NCBI GenBank assembly: GCA_024645155.1
Contig: JAHEGF010000002.1
Location: 1-43,013, forward strand
Direction: 5' to 3'
From: Phyllobacteriaceae bacterium
Lineage (GTDB): Bacteria > Pseudomonadota > Alphaproteobacteria > Rhizobiales > Rhizobiaceae
Length of the DNA: 43,013 bases
The position numbers and the translations under genes are program-made. The stretch's first letter is position 1. The number at the start of each line of letters is the position of its first letter. Of the stretch, positions 19,004 to 27,260 are shown piece after piece. The notes beneath the pieces are model-generated. The model ran no database searches and had not been told where the DNA came from. It saw only the letters and a list, made by a program, of their open reading frames with translations.

Positions 19004-19738
19004 ATGGCATTAATTCCGGCTGCAGTACATCGCGGGTACCGTTTTCTCCGGCGCCTCAATAACCGCCTTTACCGGCAGGACGTCGAGACTTCAGAGGCCG
19101 AACACCGCGCCGAGTTCATGCGCCGCGCCTTTCACGCCCTGAGCTTCAACGGCATTTCCGGTGATTATGCTGAATTCGGATCGCATGGCGCCACCACCTT
19201 TGCGCTGGCCCATGGCGAAATCAGCCGCTGGAAGGCGAAACGCAAATTGTGGGCGTTTGATTCATTCAGCGGTTTGCCGGACCAGCAAAGCGAGGCCGAC
19301 TATCACCCTGGTTGGAAAATGGGAAAGATGGCGACGTCTCAGGCGGATTTCGCCGAGTTGTGCAGGAAGCGTGGAATTCCCGATGAGGCCTACCGCATGG
19401 TGGCGGGTTATTACGATGATACACTTGCCGGCAAGGCCGATAATGATCCGGACCTGCCATCCGATATCGCGCTTGCATATATCGATTGCGATTTGCATTC
19501 GTCGACCCGGACAGTGCTGGAATTCCTGGTGCCGCGCCTGAAGCACGGCATGATCATCGCCTTTGACGACTATTTCTGCTTTTCGGACAAAACGGTCTCA
19601 GGCGAGCGGCTTGCGTGTCTCGAGGTTTTTGAAGGACATGCCCGGTTCTCGCTATTGGATTACGTGCAATATGGCTGGCACGGCATGTCGTTTATAGTTG
19701 AAGACAGGACCTTACGGCCGGAACCGGCGCGCAGTTGA
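19004..19738 (+). CDS. TylF/MycF-like SAM-dependent methyltransferase
   Basis: GDYAEFGSHGATTF (SAM loop) and AYIDCDLHSSTRTVLEF (metal/SAM acidic motif) resemble macrocin-O-methyltransferase-family proteins. The ATG is 2 nt after the pncB stop. Confidence 0.7.
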   Translation: MALIPAAVHRGYRFLRRLNNRLYRQDVETSEAEHRAEFMRRAFHALSFNGISGDYAEFGSHGATTFALAHGEISRWKAKRKLWAFDSFSGLPDQQSEADYHPGWKMGKMATSQADFAELCRKRGIPDEAYRMVAGYYDDTLAGKADNDPDLPSDIALAYIDCDLHSSTRTVLEFLVPRLKHGMIIAFDDYFCFSDKTVSGERLACLEVFEGHARFSLLDYVQYGWHGMSFIVEDRTLRPEPARS

Positions 19739-19811
19739 CATCGAACGGTACTTGTCTCATGAATCGCTGATGGGGTTGGCGAATACCCCGTGAGGAGACA
19801 GCCCAAGTTTC

Positions 19812-19844
19812 GCATCCTGATTTGATCGTTTAACGATAGGATGC
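19812..19844. promoter_or_regulatory. Nested palindrome: GCATCCT...AGGATGC enclosing ATCGTT-t-AACGAT, immediately upstream of the chrB-like start
   Basis: Read directly. The outer arms are 19812-19818 and 19838-19844, and the inner 13-bp palindrome is 19825-19837. The right arm contains the AGGA RBS of the ATG at 19848. Confidence 0.4.
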
Positions 19845-19847
19845 ATC

Positions 19848-20666
19848 ATGCCGTCACCGACACAGATTTCCGTATCCCAACTTTCCCGCCTGATCGGCAC
19901 GCCGGACGCACCGGCCATTATCGATATTTGCATCGATGATGATTTCGCGCTGGATCCGGCACTCATACCGGGCGCCTTCCGCCATCCTTTCACGGATATC
20001 GAGGCGCTCTTACCGCGCCTTGCGGGCCATAACGCGGTTATCGTCTGCCAGAAAGGCAGGAAAATAAGCGAGGGCGCCGCTGCGCTGCTGAGGACGTACG
20101 GGGTTGCAGCCGAAAGCCTGGAAGGCGGTATGGTTGCTTGGCGTGAAGCAGGAATGGCAGCGGTTCCCTGGTCGTCGTTGGCCCATGCCGGCGGTCAACT
20201 GCCGACGCTTTGGGTCACGCGGCAAAGGCCGAAAATCGATCGCATCGCCTGCCCGTGGCTGATCCGGCGCTTTGTCGATCCGCAGGCGCGGTTCCTGTTT
20301 GTCGCCCCATCGGAAGTTGAAGCTGTGGCGGAGAAATTTGCGGCCATTCCGTTCGATGTTGACGGAGTATTCTGGAGCCATCGCGGTGATTCGTGCACAT
20401 TCGATACCATGGTTGACGAATTCGGTCTTGGCGGCGAAGTGGCGCTGGCGCGCCTTGCAACCATCGTTCGAGGAGCCGACACAAACCGCCATGACCTTGC
20501 TCCACAATGTGCCGGCTTGCTGGCGATGTCGGTCGGTCTGTCGCGCATGTATCGTGACGACCTGGAACAGCTGAAGGCCGGAATTGCCATCTACGACGCC
20601 CTTTACCGATGGTGCCGCGACGGTGTTGACGAGGGGCATGACTGGCCGGCGGGGTCCGGGTCGTGA
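19848..20666 (+). CDS. Rhodanese domain fused to a ChrB C-terminal (chromate-resistance) domain
   Basis: The N-terminal ~110 aa carry a rhodanese active-site loop (VIVCQKGRKIS). The C-terminal block WVTRQRPKIDRIACPWLIRRFVDP is typical of the ChrB_C/Chrome_Resist domain. Confidence 0.8.
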   Translation: MPSPTQISVSQLSRLIGTPDAPAIIDICIDDDFALDPALIPGAFRHPFTDIEALLPRLAGHNAVIVCQKGRKISEGAAALLRTYGVAAESLEGGMVAWREAGMAAVPWSSLAHAGGQLPTLWVTRQRPKIDRIACPWLIRRFVDPQARFLFVAPSEVEAVAEKFAAIPFDVDGVFWSHRGDSCTFDTMVDEFGLGGEVALARLATIVRGADTNRHDLAPQCAGLLAMSVGLSRMYRDDLEQLKAGIAIYDALYRWCRDGVDEGHDWPAGSGS

Positions 20667-21967
20667 CTGCAATGGCCGACGCTGGCAAGGGGGCAGACGA
20701 GTTGCCGTTTCCCGGCTTTGCAGAGGCATTGAAAGTGTGGGCGCGTATTGGCGTATTGTCGTTTGGCGGGCCGGCAGCGCAGATCGCATTGATGCATCGT
20801 GAGATTGTCGAAGAACGCAAGTGGCTGTCGGAGAAACAGTATCTCGATGCGCTGGGATTTTGCATGCTTCTGCCCGGACCCGAAGCAATGCAGCTTGCGA
20901 CCTTCGCGGGCTGGCGGCTGCATGGTGTCCGTGGTGGACTGGCCGCCGGATTGCTGTTCGTCCTGCCCGGCGCGGCAATGGTGCTGTTGCTGGCAGCGCT
21001 TTACTCCGCATTTGGCAATGTACCGGTTGTTGATGCGGTGTTTCTTGGCATCAAGGCAGCAGTTGTCGTTGTCGTGCTCGAAGCGCTGCTGCGGGTTTCA
21101 AAACGGGCACTTGGGACCCTTTCTCACCGGCTCATCGCATTTGCTGCCTTTGCCGCGATATTCTTTTTTTCCATACCGTTTCCGGTTGTCGTCGCGGTTG
21201 CAGCATTGTGGGGCTTTATCGCGGAGCCTTTGGGGGTACAGGAGTTGGCGCAACCGGCTGCCGTGCGCCATGACTGGCGAAAGACGGCAGTCACGGTTCT
21301 GAGCTGGCTGGTGATCTGGTGGGCACCGCTGCTGCTTCTTTTGTTGTCACCTGCAACCGGACTTCTGTGGGAACTCGGAATGTTTTTCTCCAAGCTTGCG
21401 GTCGTGACATTCGGCGGCGCCTACGCTGTACTCGCCTACATGGCGCAGGATGTCGTCAACGCGCATGGATGGCTTAGCGCCGGTGAGATGCTCGACGGGC
21501 TGGGGCTTGCGGAAACCACCATGGGGCCGCTCATTTTGGTGACCGAGTTTGTCGGATTTCTCGCCGCGCACAAACACGGTGGCTTTGCGCTCGGGCTGGC
21601 GGCGGCGGCGGTCACGTTGTGGGCAACATTTGCGCCGTGTTTTCTGTGGATTTTCGCGGGCGCGCCCTACATTGACTGGATCGGAACACAGCCGCGGCTG
21701 CGTGGTGCGCTATCGGCCATAACTGCAGCCGTAGTCGGCGTGATACTCAATCTGGCAATCTGGTTTGCGATTCACGTGTTCTTTGCGAGAATTGCCGATA
21801 TCGACAATAGTTTGCTCCACTTCCCGATGCCCGAACCGACCAGCCTCGATTGGCGGGTCGTGGCGATGTTTGCGGTTTCGGCATTGCTGCTGTTCCGCTT
21901 TCACTGGGGGATAGCTGGCGTGCTTTCAGTGGCAGGCATGCTTGGTGCCCTGACTGCGCTCTTGTGA
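20663..21967 (+). CDS. chrA: Chromate ion transporter (CHR family, two-domain)
   Basis: 434-aa polytopic ORF with FGGPAAQIALMHRE..W and a second FGGAYAVLAYM repeat. The GTG start overlaps the upstream TGA (GTGA). An alternative start is the ATG at 20672. Confidence 0.9.
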   Translation: MTAMADAGKGADELPFPGFAEALKVWARIGVLSFGGPAAQIALMHREIVEERKWLSEKQYLDALGFCMLLPGPEAMQLATFAGWRLHGVRGGLAAGLLFVLPGAAMVLLLAALYSAFGNVPVVDAVFLGIKAAVVVVVLEALLRVSKRALGTLSHRLIAFAAFAAIFFFSIPFPVVVAVAALWGFIAEPLGVQELAQPAAVRHDWRKTAVTVLSWLVIWWAPLLLLLLSPATGLLWELGMFFSKLAVVTFGGAYAVLAYMAQDVVNAHGWLSAGEMLDGLGLAETTMGPLILVTEFVGFLAAHKHGGFALGLAAAAVTLWATFAPCFLWIFAGAPYIDWIGTQPRLRGALSAITAAVVGVILNLAIWFAIHVFFARIADIDNSLLHFPMPEPTSLDWRVVAMFAVSALLLFRFHWGIAGVLSVAGMLGALTALL

Positions 21968-21973
21968 TGGAGC

Positions 21974-22186
21974 TTACTGCCCGCGATTGTGTGTGCGCTG
22001 ATAAAGCGTGGCAATAATCCGGCTGGCGGTCTTTTCAAAAAGGAACGGCAGGATCGCATGAACAGTCGCGGCAAAGGCTGCGGCAAACAGCATCGCTGCA
22101 AAACGGCCGGCAAACGCCATATGCTCGAGATAGCTCTCATCGACCGAGGCGGGATGATCGGAAAACAGGCGGGTCAGTGATGGCAT
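21974..22186 (-). CDS. Small membrane protein (DUF6356-like)
   Basis: 70 aa from the ATG at 22186 (MPSLTRLFSDHPASVDESYLEHM...), with one hydrophobic helix. The family assignment is from memory only. Confidence 0.45.
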   Translation of the reverse strand: MPSLTRLFSDHPASVDESYLEHMAFAGRFAAMLFAAAFAATVHAILPFLFEKTASRIIATLYQRTHNRGQ

Positions 22187-22291
22187 TGTGGGATCCCCTT
22201 TATGATTTTGTGTACACATTCGCATGTTTCAGCCGAAAACATGTCTCAAATATCTATTGATTTCCAGGAATTTTGGGATGATTATCCCGAT

Positions 22292-22759
22292 ATGTCACTG
22301 ATTGACGAGATAGACAGACGAATACTCGGGGAATTGCAACGTGATGCAACCCTTTCAGCGGACCAGTTGTCGGAACGGGTCAACCTGTCACGCAATGCCT
22401 GCTGGCGAAGAGTCCGGCGCCTGGAAGACGACGGTATTATCTCTGGCCGTGTTGCACTGGTCGATGCGGAAAAGCTTGGACTCGGGCTGTCGGTGATGAT
22501 CCTGATCCGAACCAAGAACCATGACCCGGAGTGGCTGGACGGATTTCGCAAGGCGGTAGCTGCAATGCCGGAAATCACCGGTGTCTACCGTATGACCGGT
22601 GACCTTGATTACGTGCTGCGCGCCCGCATCGCCGACGTGAAGGCCTATGACCGGCTTTACCAAAGGCTGATTGCCAAGGTGCCGCTGGCCGATGTATCTG
22701 CGTCTTTCGTCATGGAAGAAATCAAGGATACCACGGTCGTTCCACTGGAAATCCGCTGA
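22292..22759 (+). CDS. Lrp/AsnC family transcriptional regulator
   Basis: Typical N-terminus LDEIDRRILGELQRDATLS..LSERV.LS...C.RRV..LE..G.I and a C-terminal RAM domain. The ATG at 22292 is preferred. The ORF-track start is at 22202. Confidence 0.85.
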   Translation: MSLIDEIDRRILGELQRDATLSADQLSERVNLSRNACWRRVRRLEDDGIISGRVALVDAEKLGLGLSVMILIRTKNHDPEWLDGFRKAVAAMPEITGVYRMTGDLDYVLRARIADVKAYDRLYQRLIAKVPLADVSASFVMEEIKDTTVVPLEIR

Positions 22760-22795
22760 TCGATTTTCCTGAAACTGACGATTGCAAATCACGGG

Positions 22796-23281
22796 ATGGA
22801 AGCAGCGGTAATGGCGATGAAAAACAACAGCCCTGAAATCGGCATCATCCGCCTACCGCACGGTGCGGGGATCGATCTGCCCGCGTATGAGAGCGCGGGT
22901 GCGGCAGGGATGGATTTGCGTGCGGCGATACCGGATGGGGAGAGCCTTGCCATTGCACCTGGGGCACGCGCATTGATTCCGACGGGACTGGTGTTTGAAA
23001 TTCCGCAAGGCTTTGAAGGCCAGGTGCGCCCGCGTTCGGGGCTGGCGCTGAAACACGGAATAACCTGCCTCAACACGCCTGGCACGATCGACAGCGATTA
23101 CCGCGGCGAGGTCGGTGTGCTGCTGGTCAATCTAGGCTCAGCCGATTTCAACATAGTACGCGGGCTGCGCATCGCCCAGCTTGTGGTTGCACCGGTCACG
23201 CAGGCCACGATTTGCGAGCACAAGCTGGCGTCAGCCACCGAGCGCGGCGCTGGCGGATTTGGTTCAACGGGGACAAAATGA
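22796..23281 (+). CDS. dut: dUTP diphosphatase
   Basis: Motifs [25 protein letters not shown] and GGFGSTG. The ATGs at 22811 and 22817 are alternative starts. Confidence 0.9.
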   Translation: MEAAVMAMKNNSPEIGIIRLPHGAGIDLPAYESAGAAGMDLRAAIPDGESLAIAPGARALIPTGLVFEIPQGFEGQVRPRSGLALKHGITCLNTPGTIDSDYRGEVGVLLVNLGSADFNIVRGLRIAQLVVAPVTQATICEHKLASATERGAGGFGSTGTK

Positions 23282-23374
23282 ACTCCAGATCCGGTTTTGC
23301 AAGTACTACGCCAGCCACCTAGCGTCGGCTGTTAAAAGCAGTCCGGGATCGGGAACAGGCAAGGGAATAATGTC

Positions 23375-24499
23375 ATGGTCAGTTTCAAGGCGGCAGTACT
23401 CGAAAAATGCATGACGGATCGGCCGTTTTCAAAAAGCCAGCCATTGGCAATCGAGACCATCGAAGCGGAACGCCCCCATGACGGCGAAGTCCTCGTGCGG
23501 ATCAATGCGGCCAGTTTGTGCCGCTCCGACCTTTCGGTCATCACGGGTGTTCGCGCTTGGCCCATGCCGATTGTTCCGGGCCATGAGGCAAGCGGAACCG
23601 TCGAAGAGGTTGGCAACGGCGTCACCCAGCTCTCGCCCGGCGATCAGGTCGTGCTTGTCTACCAGGCGCAATGCGGCGCCTGTCCATGCTGCGTTGCGGG
23701 CGATGCCCACTTGTGCGAACCGGGTCTTGCGGCAAACCGCGCCGGTTCTTTGCTGACCGGCGGTCCAAGATTGTCATTCAAGGGGCAAAAGCTCCATCAC
23801 CACATGGGGCTTTCAGCATTTGCGGAAATGGCAATCGTCTCCGAGCATTCGCTTGTCAAGGTGGACACCGCCTTGCCGCCCGATATCGCGGCGCTATTTG
23901 GCTGTGCTGTGATGTGCGGGGCCGGAAGCGTCATCAACACGGGCAGGGTCCAGGCGGGAGAAACAGTCGTCATTGCAGGTATCGGGGGGGTAGGCGCCAG
24001 CGCCATACTCGGTGCCCGGCTTGCAGGCGCTGGCCGGATTATCGCGGTCGATCCAAGCCCGGAAAAAAGAACGGTGGCGGCCGATCTCGGTGCGACCGAT
24101 ACTGTTACTGCCGGACCTGGTGCCGCCGGCGAGATCCTGGAGATGACCGGCGGCGGGGCCGATTGCGCCCTTGAAACCGCCGGAACACTCGAGGCCTTTG
24201 AAACCGCCTATGCGTCAGCCAGGCGTGGCGGACGTGTCGTCAATGTCGGGCTGGTCAATCCGGCAACACCGTTTGCGCTGGATCTTGCCGCTCATGTCAC
24301 CAGTGCCAAGGCGGTGACCGGCAGCTACATGGGCAGTTGCAATCCGCAGGTGGATATCCCGAAATTTGTCGAGCTATACAAGGAAGGCCGGTTTCCTGTT
24401 GACCGGTTGATCACACACCGGATGCCGCTTGGAGATATCAATACGGCGCTGGAGAACATGGCAGCGAGCAAGGCGCTGCGCCAGATTATCATTCCGTGA
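23375..24499 (+). CDS. Zinc-dependent alcohol dehydrogenase (MDR superfamily)
   Basis: GHEASGTVEEVG catalytic zinc motif, CGACPCCVAGDAHLC structural zinc motif, and GIGGVGAS Rossmann loop. Confidence 0.85.
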   Translation: MVSFKAAVLEKCMTDRPFSKSQPLAIETIEAERPHDGEVLVRINAASLCRSDLSVITGVRAWPMPIVPGHEASGTVEEVGNGVTQLSPGDQVVLVYQAQCGACPCCVAGDAHLCEPGLAANRAGSLLTGGPRLSFKGQKLHHHMGLSAFAEMAIVSEHSLVKVDTALPPDIAALFGCAVMCGAGSVINTGRVQAGETVVIAGIGGVGASAILGARLAGAGRIIAVDPSPEKRTVAADLGATDTVTAGPGAAGEILEMTGGGADCALETAGTLEAFETAYASARRGGRVVNVGLVNPATPFALDLAAHVTSAKAVTGSYMGSCNPQVDIPKFVELYKEGRFPVDRLITHRMPLGDINTALENMAASKALRQIIIP

Positions 24500-24986
24500 C
24501 AGCCGGCCTGTCTGAGGCTTGGGCATGTCGCGTATTCGGAATTGATCGCTTTTCCAGAATGGCATCCAGCGACCAATGATCCCGGTGGCGCAAAAGCCAA
24601 AGGGCAACCATGGCCAACAAGGCACACAGCGAAATCGTCATGTTGCGGTTCACCGGGAAACCGTTTTCGTCAATTCTGAAGGGATCGAAATAGCCGGGCA
24701 ACTGCCGGTAGACCGAATAGGCGTGCATCACGGCCAAAGCGCCATAACTGGCGATTCTTGCCCAACCGGCGAAAACCAGTATGCACAGGGCGATCTGCAC
24801 ACCGGCAATCATGTAGACCTGCCAGAGGCCGATATCGACGCCGTCAAAATATCTGGCGAGTTTGATGTATTGCTGCGGGGCGAAAAACTTGTTTGCCGCC
24901 CAAACAAATATGAACCATGCGCAGCCGAAGCGGAGCAACAACAATGCCAACGCCTCACGGCTGTGCGGTGTCCAAAAACGTGTCAT
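24489..24986 (-). CDS. Integral membrane protein (about 4 TM; DoxX-like is only a guess)
   Basis: 165-aa hydrophobic ORF, convergent with the Zn-ADH gene and overlapping its end by 11 nt. Confidence 0.5.
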   Translation of the reverse strand: MTRFWTPHSREALALLLLRFGCAWFIFVWAANKFFAPQQYIKLARYFDGVDIGLWQVYMIAGVQIALCILVFAGWARIASYGALAVMHAYSVYRQLPGYFDPFRIDENGFPVNRNMTISLCALLAMVALWLLRHRDHWSLDAILEKRSIPNTRHAQASDRPAVTE

Positions 24987-25085
24987 TCAATCCTGCCGAT
25001 TTCGGAAAACCATTGGCAGAACCGGTGGTAACGTACAATTAAATCAGGCTAACATTTGCGTGAGAAGAAAACCGGCCGAAGAACC

Positions 25086-26090
25086 ATGATACAGCCATTG
25101 ACTGTCATCGACATGCATACCGGCGGCGAGCCACTTAGGATCGTCACCGGCGGCTATCCGGACCTTCCCACGGGTACCATCCTTGAAAAGCGCGCCCATG
25201 TTCGTGACAATCTTGATCATTTGCGGAAAATCCTGATGTTTGAGCCGCGTGGTCATTTCGACATGTATGGCGCACTTCTGGTGGAGCCGGATTTGCCTGG
25301 CGCGGACATCGCGGTGCTTTTCATGCACAATGAAGGCTATTCGACGATGTGCGGCCATGCGATCATCGCACTGGGACGCTATGCAATTGATGAAGGCCTT
25401 GTCGAGGCGCGCGAACCGGTCACGACTGTCAACATCGAATGCCCGTGCGGACTGGTGGTGGCGAGTGTTGACGTAAAAGATGGCCGGACAGGATCGGTTT
25501 CCTTCGACAGCGTTCCGGCTTTCCTTTTTGCCCAAAACAGGCAAATAGCCGTTCCGGGGTTCGGTACTGTGGATGCCGATATCTCCTATGGCGGTGCCTA
25601 TTATACTTTGGCCGATGCAGGTCAGTTCGGGCTGGAATTCGGCCGCGATTCCGTGCGCGCATTTGCCGATGCAGCGAGCGCACTGACCAAGGAGGTCCGG
25701 CGCAGGGTTCCGCTTGCCCATCCCGACCATGATGATCTCGCGTTTTTGTATGGTTCGATCCTGACCGATGGCGGCAACGGCGCAGACGGGAAACCGTCAC
25801 GCAACATATGCGTATTTGCCGATGCCCAGGTCGATCGCTCACCGACAGGTTCGGGCGTTACCGCAAGGCTCGCAGCCATGCATGCCAAGGGAGAAGCCGA
25901 TACGGCAGATACGCGCCTGTTTGAGAGCATAATCGGTTCCCGGTTTACCGGCATGGTCGTGCGCAAAACCAAATGCGGTCCGCATGATGCGGTCATTGTC
26001 CGCGTTTCGGGACGCGCCCATTACAGCGGGCGTGCCGAATACATAGTCGAAGAAGACGATCAACTTGGTGGCGGGTTCCTGGTGCGGTGA
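25086..26090 (+). CDS. Proline racemase-family enzyme with a Cys/Thr active-site pair: probable trans-3-hydroxy-L-proline dehydratase
   Basis: Contains DMHTGGEP. The first catalytic residue is Cys in STMCGH (TGC at 25350-25352). The second position is Thr in DRSPTGSG (ACA at 25845-25847) rather than the Cys of racemases and epimerases. Confidence 0.7.
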   Translation: MIQPLTVIDMHTGGEPLRIVTGGYPDLPTGTILEKRAHVRDNLDHLRKILMFEPRGHFDMYGALLVEPDLPGADIAVLFMHNEGYSTMCGHAIIALGRYAIDEGLVEAREPVTTVNIECPCGLVVASVDVKDGRTGSVSFDSVPAFLFAQNRQIAVPGFGTVDADISYGGAYYTLADAGQFGLEFGRDSVRAFADAASALTKEVRRRVPLAHPDHDDLAFLYGSILTDGGNGADGKPSRNICVFADAQVDRSPTGSGVTARLAAMHAKGEADTADTRLFESIIGSRFTGMVVRKTKCGPHDAVIVRVSGRAHYSGRAEYIVEEDDQLGGGFLVR

Positions 26091-26220
26091 AAATGGTATT
26101 CCATGCAATTTCGAGCTTTTCGAATACGTTTCCATACTGTGGCCGCTGCCGAGAACGAAGCTGACTCGAGATTTTCGTCCGGAATGATTAAAGTGCGGCC
26201 AAACAACAAGGAGAGGCATC

Positions 26221-27210
26221 ATGAGCAAGACGCGAAATCCCCGGACAACCAAAGGCCGCGGCCGTGTCTATGACAGTATCATCGACACGATCGGGGACAC
26301 TCCACTGGTGCGACTTGCCAAGTTCGAAAAGGCGCAGGGGTCGAAAGCGAAAATTCTTGCAAAGCTTGAATTCTTCAATCCGATTGCCTCGGTCAAGGAT
26401 CGTATCGGCGTATCCATGATCGAAAGCATGGAAGCGGCCGGCACGATCACACCCGGCAAGACGGTCCTGATCGAACCGACTTCCGGTAATACCGGAATTG
26501 CCCTGGCCTTTGTTGCAGCAGCAAAAGGTTACCGGCTGATATTGACCATGCCGGAGACCATGTCGATGGAACGCCGCAAGATGCTGGCGCTGTTTGGAGC
26601 CGAGTTGCATCTGACGGAGGGTGCAAAAGGCGTGAAAGGTGCAATCGCCAAGGCCGAGGAACTGCTTGCGGAAATCAAGGATTCGGTAATGCCGCAACAG
26701 TTTGAAAATCCGGCGAACCCCGAAATTCACCGCACTACCACTGCCGAAGAAATCTGGAACGATACCGGCGGCGATATTGACATTTTCATATCCGGGGTGG
26801 GCACCGGCGGCACGATTACCGGTGTTGGTCAGGTATTAAAGAGCCGGAAACCGGATCTGCACGTCGTGGCAGTTGAACCGGAAGACTCTCCGGTCCTATC
26901 GGGCGGGGAACCGGGACCGCACAAGATCCAGGGCATTGGTGCCGGTTTTGCCCCGGCGATTTTGGACCGTGAAATCTACGACGAGGTTGCCCAGGCATCC
27001 AACGAGGACAGCATCGTGACCGCGCGAGCTGTCGCGATGCTCGAAGGCTTGCCGGTCGGAATTTCATCGGGAGCGGCGCTGACGGTGGCAGCACGCGTTG
27101 GTGCGCGGGCGGAAAATGCGGGCAAAACCATTGTTGTCATCATTCCATCCTTTGCCGAGCGCTATCTGTCGTCGGCCCTTTTTGACGGTATTTCAGTAGT
27201 AGGGGTATGA
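26221..27210 (+). CDS. cysK: Cysteine synthase A (O-acetylserine sulfhydrylase)
   Basis: PLP-lysine context NPIASVKDR, plus the [10 protein letters not shown] and [10 protein letters not shown] loops. An AGGAGAGG RBS lies upstream. Confidence 0.9.
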   Translation: MSKTRNPRTTKGRGRVYDSIIDTIGDTPLVRLAKFEKAQGSKAKILAKLEFFNPIASVKDRIGVSMIESMEAAGTITPGKTVLIEPTSGNTGIALAFVAAAKGYRLILTMPETMSMERRKMLALFGAELHLTEGAKGVKGAIAKAEELLAEIKDSVMPQQFENPANPEIHRTTTAEEIWNDTGGDIDIFISGVGTGGTITGVGQVLKSRKPDLHVVAVEPEDSPVLSGGEPGPHKIQGIGAGFAPAILDREIYDEVAQASNEDSIVTARAVAMLEGLPVGISSGAALTVAARVGARAENAGKTIVVIIPSFAERYLSSALFDGISVVGV

Positions 27211-27236
27211 GGCAGGCCGGCACCAGCGGGTAACAT

Positions 27237-27258
27237 GCTCCGGATGCGTATCCGGAGC
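27237..27258. terminator. 9-bp GC-rich hairpin (GCTCCGGAT-gcgt-ATCCGGAGC) between convergent cysK and the TRAP large permease gene
   Basis: Read directly. It sits 27 nt after the cysK stop and 3 nt after the permease stop. Neither side has a clear U-tract. Confidence 0.45.
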
Positions 27259-27260
27259 GG

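Noticed and set aside
18366-19010. 214-aa ORF antisense to pncB, and a 228-aa ORF (25044-25730) antisense to the proline-racemase-family gene
   Set aside because: Same reasoning: the sense genes carry clear family motifs and the antisense products have none.
20010-21011. 333-aa ORF antisense to the chrB-like and chrA genes
   Set aside because: The composition is extremely Arg/Pro/Ala-rich with no motif. It overlaps two well-supported sense genes. This is the typical open antisense frame of GC-rich DNA.
23984-23990. G7 homopolymer in the Zn-ADH gene, and T7 at 21164-21170 in chrA
   Set aside because: They encode the expected GIGGVG Rossmann loop and an FFF membrane segment. The frames are intact, and the runs are too short to argue for contingency loci.
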